From Pseudomonadota bacterium (GTDB lineage Bacteria > Pseudomonadota > Gammaproteobacteria > Steroidobacterales > Steroidobacteraceae), in contig JAFEDW010000001.1 of NCBI GenBank assembly GCA_018241455.1, positions 1 to 29,969 of the forward strand: a stretch of DNA of 29,969 bases, given 5' to 3'. The position numbers and the translations under genes were made by a program. This document shows, piece by piece, positions 9,749-17,513 of the stretch (positions within the stretch are counted from its first letter, which is position 1; each line of letters starts with the position of its first letter). The notes beneath the pieces were generated by a model, which saw only the letters and a program-made list of their open reading frames with translations, did no database searches and was not told where the DNA came from.

Positions 9749-11206
9749 GTGGAATTCCTGCTGCTGCTCGGAACTCCGGTGGCCGGCGCGCTGTTGCTGG
9801 GCGTCTTCGGTGCGCGGCGCTGGGCGCCCGAGCTCAATGCACTGTTCAGCCTGGTCACGTTCGCCGCGGCCTGCGCGCTCACGGTGCGCATCGTCGCGCA
9901 CGGCAACGTGCTGGTGGCGCACGAGCAATTCTTCATCGATCCGTTCAACGTGTTCCTCGTCACGCTGACCGCGTTCGTCGGGTTCACCACGGCGTTGTTC
10001 TCGCGACCCTACATGCGCGTGGAAATGACCCACGGGCGCTTAAGCCCCGGACGCCTGCGGCTCTATCACGCCATGTACCAGCTGTTCACGTTCACGATGC
10101 TGCTGGCGCTGACGACGAACAACATCGGCCTGCTGTGGGTCGCGATGGAAGGGGCCACGCTCTCGACGGTATTGCTGGTGACGCTGTATCGCACGCCGGC
10201 GAGCCTCGAAGCGGGCTGGAAATATTTCATCCTGTGCGGCGTCGGCATCGCGCAGGCGCTGTTCGGCACCATCCTGATCTATTTCGCCGCCGAGAAGGTC
10301 GTGGGCGGCGAAGGCGTCACCGCATTGCTGTGGACGCATCTCGATGCGGTCAAGACGCTGCTCGAGCCGCGCGTGATGAGCATCGCATTCGTGTTCCTGC
10401 TGGTGGGTTACGGCACCAAGGTGGGACTGGCGCCGCTCCACAACTGGCTGCCGGATGCGCACGCCGAGGGCCCGACGCCGATCTCGGCGGTGCTGTCGGG
10501 ATTGCTGCTCAACGTGGCGCTGTACGCCGTCGTGCGCTGCAAGGTGCTGGTCGAGGGCTCGCTCGGATCGCAGCTGCCATCGACCATGCTGATGGGCTTC
10601 GGGCTGGTCTCGGTGGTGCTGGCGGCATTGTTCCTGTGGCGGCAGCGGGACATCAAGCGGCTGTTCGCCTATTCGTCGGTCGAACACATGGGCATCATCA
10701 CGTTCGCGTTCGGCATGGGCGGGCCGGTGGCGAACTTCGCGGCGCTCCTGCACATGACTGTGCACTCGCTGACCAAGTCGGCGATCTTCTTCACCGTCGG
10801 CCACGCCGCGCAGAAAGCCGGCTCGCAGCTGATGGACCAGATCCGCGGGCTGATCACGCTCAGCCCGACGATCGGCTGGGGACTGATGCTCGGGAGCCTG
10901 GCGATCGTCGGCATGCCGCCGTTCGGCGTGTTCGCGGCCGAGTTCCTGATCCTGACCACGGCGATGAAGCAGCAGCCGTGGGCGACACCGATCCTGCTGC
11001 TCGCGCTCGGCGTCGCGTTCGCCGCGGTGTTCGGCCGCGTCCAGCCGATGGTGTTCGGCGAGACCACCGCGAAGCGCCTGCCACATCCGCCGGCGTTGCT
11101 GCCGGTGTTCGTGCACCTGGCGATCGTGCTGATGCTGGGCCTGTTCGTGCCACCGTACCTTGCCGGGTGGTACCGGCAGGCTGCGATCATGATCGGAGGT
11201 CACTGA
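9749..11206 (+). CDS. hyfF: HyfF-like antiporter module (NuoM/N family)
   Basis: LWVAMEGATL, SLEAGWKYFILC, GTKVGLAPLHNWLPDAHAEGPTP, DIKRLFAYSSVEHMG. Confidence 0.9.
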   Translation: MEFLLLLGTPVAGALLLGVFGARRWAPELNALFSLVTFAAACALTVRIVAHGNVLVAHEQFFIDPFNVFLVTLTAFVGFTTALFSRPYMRVEMTHGRLSPGRLRLYHAMYQLFTFTMLLALTTNNIGLLWVAMEGATLSTVLLVTLYRTPASLEAGWKYFILCGVGIAQALFGTILIYFAAEKVVGGEGVTALLWTHLDAVKTLLEPRVMSIAFVFLLVGYGTKVGLAPLHNWLPDAHAEGPTPISAVLSGLLLNVALYAVVRCKVLVEGSLGSQLPSTMLMGFGLVSVVLAALFLWRQRDIKRLFAYSSVEHMGIITFAFGMGGPVANFAALLHMTVHSLTKSAIFFTVGHAAQKAGSQLMDQIRGLITLSPTIGWGLMLGSLAIVGMPPFGVFAAEFLILTTAMKQQPWATPILLLALGVAFAAVFGRVQPMVFGETTAKRLPHPPALLPVFVHLAIVLMLGLFVPPYLAGWYRQAAIMIGGH

Positions 11207-11207
11207 C

Positions 11208-12758
11208 ATGCCGCTGCGGCATTGGCTGGCGCGCGCCGAGGAGCTGCCCGGCAGTCCCGCGGCCGCGCGCGTCGTCGTCGACGCCGCGGATTGGCACGCG
11301 GCGGCGCAGGCCGTCGCGGCAACCGGCGGGCAATTGTTGTCCTTGTGGGCGTCCGGCGAGACGGCCACTGCGGGCGCTGCGTCGGTGCGCGCCGCGCTGC
11401 TGCACGAGCGCGGCCTGCTGGTGCTCGAGCACGCGCCGGGCGGGCCCGATCGGCGCTATCCCGGGCTGGAGTCGATCTTTCCCGTGGCAACGCGCCTGCA
11501 GCGCGCGGCCTTTGACCTCAGCGGAATGCGTGCGGATGCTCCCGACCAGCGTCCGTGGCTGCGCCATGCGGCCTGGCCCGCGCATGTGCACCCGTTGCGC
11601 GAGCCTGTCGTCGTCACCGATCCCACGGCGGCAACGGCCGACGATTATGCGTTCCAGGGCGTCGAGGGCGACGGCGTGCACGAGGTGCCGGTGGGGCCGG
11701 TGCACGCCGGCATCATCGAGCCCGGGCATTTCCGCTTCTCCGTCGTCGGCGAGAAAGTGCTCCGGCTCGAGGCGCGGCTCGGCTACGTGCACAAGGGCAT
11801 CGAGCTTCGCTTCCAGCAGCTGGCGCTGGCCGAGGGCCACCGGCTGGCCGCGCGCGTATCGGGCGATTCGGCCGTGGCGTATTCGTGGGCCTACTGCCAG
11901 GCGGTCGAGGGACTCGCGCGCACGGCGGTGCCGCCGCGCGCACTGTGGCTGCGCGCGCTGTGCCTCGAGCTCGAGCGCGTGCAGAACCACCTCGGCGACC
12001 TCGGTGCGCTCGGCAACGATGCCGGCTTCGCTTTCGGCCTGGCGCAATTCTCGCGCCTCAAGGAAGAGTTGCTGCGCGCGATGCAATCAGTGTTCGGCCA
12101 GCGTTACCTGCTCGACGCCGTGGTTCCCGGCGGCATGGCCGCGGACGTCGGCGCGGCGGGCGCCGCGGCACTGGCCGGCTGCCTGCGGCGCATCGCCAGC
12201 GAGAGCGTCAAGCTGCGCAACATCTACGACGAGCACGCCGGCGTGCAGGACCGCTTCGTCGGCGCCGGCCAGGTGCCGCCGGAGCTGGCGCGGCGCCTGG
12301 GCCTCATCGGTCTCGCGGGCCGCGCCAGCGGCCAGGACCTCGACCTGCGGGTCGATGCGCCATGGCCGCCCTACGATGCGCTTGCGCCGCTCAAGTGCGG
12401 CCATCGCGCCGGCGACGTCGCTGCCCGCGTCGCGGTGCGCTTCGATGAACTGCAGGTGTCGATACGACTCGCTGCACGCGTGCTCGAGCAGCTGCCCGCC
12501 GGAGCGGTGCACAGCGCATTGCTCGCACCGCCGGCGACAGCGGGCGAGATCGGCATCGGGCTGATCGAGGGCTGGCGCGGCCCGGTCATGGTGGCGCTCG
12601 AGCCGGACGCGCGCGGCGGCATTGCGCGCTGCCATCCGCACGACCCGTCTTGGCAGAACTGGCCGGTGCTCGAGCACGCGATCCTCGGCAACATCGTTCC
12701 GGATTTCCCGCTGATCAACAAATCGTTCAATCTCTCGTACAGCGGACACGACCTGTAG
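11208..12758 (+). CDS. ehrL: HyfG/HycE-like fused NuoC-NuoD subunit lacking NiFe-binding cysteines (Ehr large subunit)
   Basis: GPVHAGIIEPGHFRF, LGYVHKGIE, ELERVQNHL, IEGWRG, HDPSWQNW. L1 site reads RVSGDS (11853-11870) instead of RxCGxC; L2 site reads NLSYSG (from 12729) instead of DPCxxC. Confidence 0.9.
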   Translation: MPLRHWLARAEELPGSPAAARVVVDAADWHAAAQAVAATGGQLLSLWASGETATAGAASVRAALLHERGLLVLEHAPGGPDRRYPGLESIFPVATRLQRAAFDLSGMRADAPDQRPWLRHAAWPAHVHPLREPVVVTDPTAATADDYAFQGVEGDGVHEVPVGPVHAGIIEPGHFRFSVVGEKVLRLEARLGYVHKGIELRFQQLALAEGHRLAARVSGDSAVAYSWAYCQAVEGLARTAVPPRALWLRALCLELERVQNHLGDLGALGNDAGFAFGLAQFSRLKEELLRAMQSVFGQRYLLDAVVPGGMAADVGAAGAAALAGCLRRIASESVKLRNIYDEHAGVQDRFVGAGQVPPELARRLGLIGLAGRASGQDLDLRVDAPWPPYDALAPLKCGHRAGDVAARVAVRFDELQVSIRLAARVLEQLPAGAVHSALLAPPATAGEIGIGLIEGWRGPVMVALEPDARGGIARCHPHDPSWQNWPVLEHAILGNIVPDFPLINKSFNLSYSGHDL

Positions 12759-12760
12759 TC

Positions 12761-13294
12761 ATGCTGAAGACCCTGCGCACCATCGCCGCCGTCGGCATCG
12801 TTTCGGAGCCACCGCCAGCCGACGACCCGGCGCTGCGCGTGCGCGAGGCACTGCCGGCGAAGATCCGCGAGGTGCTGGGACGGGCGCTGTGCATCCGCTA
12901 CGTCGACGCGGGTTCATGCAACGGCTGTGAACTCGAGGTGCACGCGCTCAATAACCCGCTGTACAACATCGAGGGGCTCGGCATCCGCTTCGTTGCCAGC
13001 CCGCGCCATGCCGACCTGTTGCTGGTCTCCGGCCCGGTCTCGCGCCACATGGCGGTGGCGCTACGGCGCACGTTCGATGCGATACCCGACCCGAAGCTCG
13101 TCGTCGCACTCGGCGATTGCGGCTGCACCGGCGGCATCTTCGGCGAGAGCTACGCAAGCTGCGGCCGGGTTGCCAACGTCATTCCCGTGGATGTCATCGT
13201 GCCCGGCTGCCCGCCCAGCCCGGTGCAGATGCTGCAGGGCATCCTCACCGCGGTTGCCGCGATGCCGGCGGGGCGCATGGCTCACGGCCCATAG
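12761..13294 (+). CDS. ehrS: HyfI/HycG-like NuoB-family Fe-S subunit (Ehr small subunit)
   Basis: DAGSCNGCELE, FVASPRHAD, ALGDCGCTGG, VPGCPP: all four proximal [4Fe-4S] cysteines retained. Start ATG 12761, 2 nt after the ehrL stop. Confidence 0.9.
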   Translation: MLKTLRTIAAVGIVSEPPPADDPALRVREALPAKIREVLGRALCIRYVDAGSCNGCELEVHALNNPLYNIEGLGIRFVASPRHADLLLVSGPVSRHMAVALRRTFDAIPDPKLVVALGDCGCTGGIFGESYASCGRVANVIPVDVIVPGCPPSPVQMLQGILTAVAAMPAGRMAHGP

Positions 13295-13972
13295 CTCGAC
13301 CGCACCGGCGCCGCCCGCGAGCAGTGCGGCGGCGGCCGAAGCGACGGTGCTGCCGGTCGTGATGACATCATCGACGAGCGCGACGCGCGGTGCGCCGTGC
13401 AGCGCGCGGGTCGCCGCGAAGGCGCCGCGCACGTTGTGCCGGCGTTCGCCCAGCGGCAGGTGCGATTGCTCGCGCGTGGCGCGCCGGCGCTCGAGCAGCG
13501 CGCGATCGAGCGGCAGCGCCAGCGTGCGCGCCGCGAAGCGCGCGAGTTCGGCCGCCTGGTTGTAGCCGCGCTCGCGCAGGCGCAGCGCGTGCAGCGGCAC
13601 CGGCACCACGAGGTCGGGGAGCGGCGCGGTGCAGCGGGCGCGCTCGAGCGCGAGCAGCGTGCCCAGCAGCCGTGCGTGCGCGCGTTCGCCGTGGAATTTC
13701 AGCGCGCGCACCAGCGCATCGACCGGGAATGCGTAACGCCAGGGGCAGCAGATGTGCGCGAAGCCCGGCGACTCGAAGGCATCGCCCCGATCGACGCGCG
13801 GCAGTTCCGCGAGGCAGCCGGCGCACAGGTCGATCGGCCCGGGTAAACCGCCCTGGCCGCAGAGTACGCAGCACGGCGGCGCCAGTGCCGAGCCAACGGC
13901 CGAGAGCAGCCGACCGATTGTCGACCTGGAGGGCCTTTGCAGGTTGACAGCGGGTGGTGGGCTGGCGAACAT
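13061..13972 (-). CDS. comF: ComF family protein (zinc ribbon + PRPP-binding domain)
   Basis: CVLC...CAGC zinc ribbon, VPVPLH, RERGYNQA, RRHNVRGAF, VALVDDVITTGST; divergent from bioB as is typical. Start codon uncertain; C-terminus reads through into ehrS. Confidence 0.88.
   Translation of the reverse strand: MFASPPPAVNLQRPSRSTIGRLLSAVGSALAPPCCVLCGQGGLPGPIDLCAGCLAELPRVDRGDAFESPGFAHICCPWRYAFPVDALVRALKFHGERAHARLLGTLLALERARCTAPLPDLVVPVPLHALRLRERGYNQAAELARFAARTLALPLDRALLERRRATREQSHLPLGERRHNVRGAFAATRALHGAPRVALVDDVITTGSTVASAAAALLAGGAGAVELWAVSHAPRRHRGNRGEDALQHLHRAGRAAGHDDIHGNDVGNPAAACVALAEDAAGAAAIAECDDELRVGYRIERAP
13918..13950. promoter_or_regulatory. Candidate BirA (biotin repressor) operator, containing a TTGACA -35 hexamer
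   Basis: TTGTCGACC-N15-GGTTGACAG resembles the proteobacterial BirA consensus TTGTAAACC-N14-16-GGTTTACAA; about 100 nt upstream of bioB; TTGACA at 13944-13949. No strong -10 at canonical spacing. Confidence 0.75.
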
Positions 13973-14049
13973 GATCCCGCAAGGATTCTGGCTGCCCGTA
14001 ACCGAAGGGCACAGCCGTCATTTCTGCTGCGAATCGAGGGAATCAGGCC

Positions 14050-15087
14050 ATGCTCGAACCCCGGCACGACTGGACATTGGCCGAAGCGGAGGCGTTGTTC
14101 GCACTGCCCTTCCCGGAACTGCTGCACCGCGCGCAAGCCGTGCACCGCGCCTGGCACGACCCGGCCGCGGTGCAGATGAGCACCTTGCTGTCGATCAAGA
14201 CCGGCGCCTGCCCCGAGGATTGCGCCTATTGCCCGCAGAGCGTGCGCTTCGACACCGGCGTCGCCAACGAGGCGCTGCTGCCGCTCGAGGCGGTGCTCGA
14301 GCGTGCCCGCGCCGCGCGTGCGGCCGGCGCGACGCGCTTTTGCATGGGCGCGGCCTGGCGTTCGCCCAAGCAGCGCGACCTCGACAAGGTCGCCGCGATG
14401 GTGCGCGGCGTGCGCGAGCTCGGGCTCGAGACCTGCGTGACGCTCGGCATGGTGACGGGCCCGCAGGCGCAACAACTCAAGGACGCGGGCCTCGACTACT
14501 ACAACCACAACCTCGACACGTCGGAAGAGTTCTACGGCGAGATCATCACGACGCGCTGCTACCAGGACCGGCTCGACACGCTGGATGCGGTGCGCGCGGC
14601 CGGCCTCAACGTCTGCTGCGGCGGCATCATCGGCATGGGCGAAACGCCGCGCGATCGCGCGCAGTTGCTGGTGACGCTCGCGGGGCTCCCTGAGCATCCG
14701 CAGAGCGTGCCGATCAACCAGCTGGTGCGCGTGCCCGGCACGCCGCTCGCCGCTGCCGCGCCGGTCGATCCGTTCGACTTCGTGCGCACGATCGCCGTGG
14801 CGCGCATCATGATGCCGCGCGCGCAGGTGCGGCTGTCGGCCGGCCGCGAGACGATGAGCGATGAGCTGCAGGCGCTCGCCTTCCTCGCGGGCGCGAATTC
14901 AATTTTCTACGGCGACAAGCTGCTGGTCACCGGCAATCCGGATGTGGAGCACGACCGCGCGCTGCTCGCGCGCCTCGGCATGCACGCGGAAGCGGCGGGC
15001 GCCGCGCACGGCGCGCAGCCACCACTGCACGCGCCGGCGGCCACGGCCGGCGTATCGACCGCCGGCACAGCCACTGCCACGGCCTGA
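14050..15087 (+). CDS. bioB: Biotin synthase (radical SAM)
   Basis: [11 protein letters not shown] (CxxxCxxC), [41 protein letters not shown]; Ala/Thr-rich C-terminal tail. Confidence 0.97.
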   Translation: MLEPRHDWTLAEAEALFALPFPELLHRAQAVHRAWHDPAAVQMSTLLSIKTGACPEDCAYCPQSVRFDTGVANEALLPLEAVLERARAARAAGATRFCMGAAWRSPKQRDLDKVAAMVRGVRELGLETCVTLGMVTGPQAQQLKDAGLDYYNHNLDTSEEFYGEIITTRCYQDRLDTLDAVRAAGLNVCCGGIIGMGETPRDRAQLLVTLAGLPEHPQSVPINQLVRVPGTPLAAAAPVDPFDFVRTIAVARIMMPRAQVRLSAGRETMSDELQALAFLAGANSIFYGDKLLVTGNPDVEHDRALLARLGMHAEAAGAAHGAQPPLHAPAATAGVSTAGTATATA

Positions 15088-15108
15088 AGCGCGGGGGCGG
15101 GTGGCGCA

Positions 15109-15738
15109 ATGGAGCCGGCGGCACGAGCGCGGGAGGAATTGCTGCAGCGCCTCGGGTTCTTCAAGCTCGAGCCGCGCGTGGTCGTCGACCTGGGCTGTGG
15201 GAGCGGCGCGGGCGCGGCCGCATTGCGCAAGCGTTATCCGCGCGCCCGCGTGATCGCGGTCGACCGCGACTTCCCGATGACGCAGCAGGCCCGGCGCAAC
15301 CAGCGCTTCTGGCGGCGCTTCGACTGCGTCTGCGCCGACGGCGCTGCGCTACCGCTCGCGGCGCATTCAATCGACCTGATGTTCAACAGCCTGGTGCTGG
15401 CGTACTGCGAAAACCCCGATGCGCTGCTGGCGGAAATGCGGCGCGCGCTGCGTCCCGGCGGCCTGCTGCTGCTGGCGACGCTCGGCCCCGGAACGCAGCC
15501 AGGCCCGCACGCGGCCGGGCATTTCGCCGACATGCCACAGCTCGGCGCCGCGCTCGCGCACGCGGGGTTCATCGAACCCGTGCTCGATCTCGATCGACAG
15601 GCCGGCGTTGAATACATTTACGGCGCGGCTTTTGCCGGGGGCGCCGATGCTCGTGCCGGTGCGCAGGCCGTTGCGCGCGGCGATGAGAGCGTCGTGCCGC
15701 TCGGCGCACTGCGCACCCGGCCGCGGTCGCCGTCATGA
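15109..15738 (+). CDS. bioC: Shortened BioC-like SAM-dependent methyltransferase (malonyl-ACP O-methyltransferase family)
   Basis: EELLQRL, VVDLGCGSG SAM motif, CADGAALPLAAHSIDL, EMRRALRPGG, FADM..LGAAL.HAGF.EPVLD, VEYIYGAA; between bioB and bioD. Only 209 aa, so function is uncertain. Confidence 0.75.
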   Translation: MEPAARAREELLQRLGFFKLEPRVVVDLGCGSGAGAAALRKRYPRARVIAVDRDFPMTQQARRNQRFWRRFDCVCADGAALPLAAHSIDLMFNSLVLAYCENPDALLAEMRRALRPGGLLLLATLGPGTQPGPHAAGHFADMPQLGAALAHAGFIEPVLDLDRQAGVEYIYGAAFAGGADARAGAQAVARGDESVVPLGALRTRPRSPS

Positions 15739-15748
15739 GCGGCAACCC

Positions 15749-16453
15749 GTGAGCGCCGCCGTTTATTTCGTCGCCGGCACCGACACCGCCGTCGGCAAGA
15801 CCCGTGTCACCGCCGGGTTGCTCGCGGCCGGCCGCGCCGCGGGACTGAAGGTCGCGGGCATGAAGCCGGTGGCCTCCGGCGCCGAGATCCATAGCGACGG
15901 GCTGGTCAGCGCCGACGCCCTCCAGATCGCGGCCGCTTCCGGGCAGACAACGCGGTACAAGAAGTTGAACCCTTATTGCCTGTTGGATGCAATTTCTCCG
16001 CATATCGCGGCAAATAGGCAAGATATTCGCATTGATATCGGCAAGATCGGCGAACTTGCCTCCCAGATCGCCGAGCGGCACGAACTACTCCTTATAGAGG
16101 GCGCCGGCGGCTGGTACACCCCGATCAGCGAGTCGGAATCGATGGCGGACCTCGCCAGGGCGCTGGGCGCGCCCGTGATCCTGGTCGTCGGCCTGCGGCT
16201 TGGTTGCCTCAATCATGCGCGGCTGACGCGCGAGGCGATCGAACACGGCGGTTGCACGCTGGCGGGATGGGTCGCCAACCGCATCGATCCGCACCTCGCC
16301 GCCAGCACCGAGAATCTCGCGACGCTCGAGACGCTGCTGGGCGCGCCACCGCTGGCGGTACTGCCACATGCCACCGATGCGGTCCACGACGTGCAACACC
16401 TGGAAAATGCGCTGGCGCGCTTGCGGGCGGCGCGCGCTGCACGTGGCGGCTGA
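15749..16453 (+). CDS. bioD: Dethiobiotin synthase
   Basis: GTDTAVGKT P-loop, GMKPVASG, NPY...SPH, IEGAGG, LGCLNHA. GTG start at 15749 inferred from family length. Confidence 0.94.
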   Translation: MSAAVYFVAGTDTAVGKTRVTAGLLAAGRAAGLKVAGMKPVASGAEIHSDGLVSADALQIAAASGQTTRYKKLNPYCLLDAISPHIAANRQDIRIDIGKIGELASQIAERHELLLIEGAGGWYTPISESESMADLARALGAPVILVVGLRLGCLNHARLTREAIEHGGCTLAGWVANRIDPHLAASTENLATLETLLGAPPLAVLPHATDAVHDVQHLENALARLRAARAARGG

Positions 16454-16482
16454 GGCCAATTCAAGTCAAATACATCAATGCG

Positions 16483-16512
16483 TTGCGATGGAAAAGCCGC
16501 ATCCGCTAAGAT
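16483..16512 (+). promoter_or_regulatory. Candidate sigma70 promoter for the cox operon
   Basis: TTGCGA (16483-16488) - 18 nt - TAAGAT (16507-16512) in the AT-richer bioD-coxB intergenic region. Confidence 0.4.
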
Positions 16513-16576
16513 GCCGCGCCGCACACGCATCGCCATTGCCGGCGGGGCCAGCCGCGCAACATCCTAGGGCCAGTTA

Positions 16577-17446
16577 ATGAACATGAAGAAACTCGCAACC
16601 GCCATCGCCGTCGTCACTGCCGCGCTGGCGTCTCCCGCCGCGTTCGCGGCCTGGACGCTGAACATGACGCCGGGCATCTCGGCCATTTCACGGCGCATCT
16701 ACGACCTGCACATGGTCATGTACTGGTGGTGCGTGGCGATCGCGATCGTGGTGTTCGGTTTCATGATCTACACCATGGTGCGGTTCCGCAAATCGCAGGG
16801 CGCCGTGCCCGACACCAAGCTCGTGCACAGCACCACGGTCGAGATCATCTGGACGGTGATTCCGGTGCTGATCCTGATCATCATGGCGGTGCCGGCGACG
16901 CGCACGCTGATCGAGACCGACGATGCCTCGCACAGCCAGCTGACGATCCGCATCACCGGTTACCAGTGGAAATGGGGTTACCAGTACGTCGACTCCGGCG
17001 TCGAAGTGCTCTCGACGCTCGATCGCGCCAGCAACGCGGCGCGCCAGCTCGGCTCGAACATCGACCCGGCCACGGTGCCGAATTACCTGCTGAACGTCGA
17101 TCACCCGCTGGTCGTACCGGCCGGCGTGAAGGTGCGGCTGCTGATCAGCGCGCAGGACGTGATCCATTCGTGGTGGGTGCCGGCGCTCGCGATCAAGAAG
17201 GACGCGATCCCCGGCTTCGTCAACGAAGCCTGGTTCAACATCGACGCCGACAAGACCGGCCTGTACCGCGGCCAGTGCGCGGAACTGTGCGGCCGCGACC
17301 ACGGCTTCATGCCGATCGTCATCGACGTGCGCAGCAAGGCTGATTTCGAGGCCTGGCTGAAGACGCAGCAGGCCATGCAGCGGCCGGCCGATCCGGCTGC
17401 GCCGGCGGTCGCGACGGCGGCCCCGGCGCCAGCGCACACCGGCTGA
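16577..17446 (+). CDS. coxB: Cytochrome c oxidase subunit II
   Basis: Signal peptide, two TM helices (VEIIWTVIP), GYQWKWGYQY, CuA ligands DVIHSWW and CAELCGRDHGFM; no fused cytochrome c domain. Confidence 0.96.
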   Translation: MNMKKLATAIAVVTAALASPAAFAAWTLNMTPGISAISRRIYDLHMVMYWWCVAIAIVVFGFMIYTMVRFRKSQGAVPDTKLVHSTTVEIIWTVIPVLILIIMAVPATRTLIETDDASHSQLTIRITGYQWKWGYQYVDSGVEVLSTLDRASNAARQLGSNIDPATVPNYLLNVDHPLVVPAGVKVRLLISAQDVIHSWWVPALAIKKDAIPGFVNEAWFNIDADKTGLYRGQCAELCGRDHGFMPIVIDVRSKADFEAWLKTQQAMQRPADPAAPAVATAAPAPAHTG

Positions 17447-17513
17447 TCGCCAGGCAACGCCGCCAGCAAACGCAACACTTTCCACCAGGATTCAAGCCCG
17501 CGAGATCATCAAC

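Noticed and set aside
6020-12749. Long alternative-frame ORFs across the Ehr operon (e.g. 6020-7897, 8083-9990, 10135-12564)
   Set aside because: Low-complexity Arg/Ala/Gly shadows overlapping motif-rich genes.
11208-12758. Calling this a [NiFe] hydrogenase-3/4 or formate hydrogenlyase
   Set aside because: Both CxxC nickel-binding motifs are absent, and there is no C-terminal cleavage extension, ferredoxin subunit or maturation gene.
14960-15087. Ala/Thr/Pro-rich tails on BioB, CoxB and the CtaG linker as new domains
   Set aside because: Short low-complexity segments common in high-GC genomes; no motif.
15085-15111. bioB and bioC are in the same frame separated by one TGA and seven codons (possible read-through fusion)
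   Set aside because: One-in-three chance event; no SECIS-like or read-through signal seen, and bioC has its own ATG.
16031-16046. TTGAT in bioD as an FNR box
   Set aside because: Second half-site (ATCAA) is absent at the required spacing.
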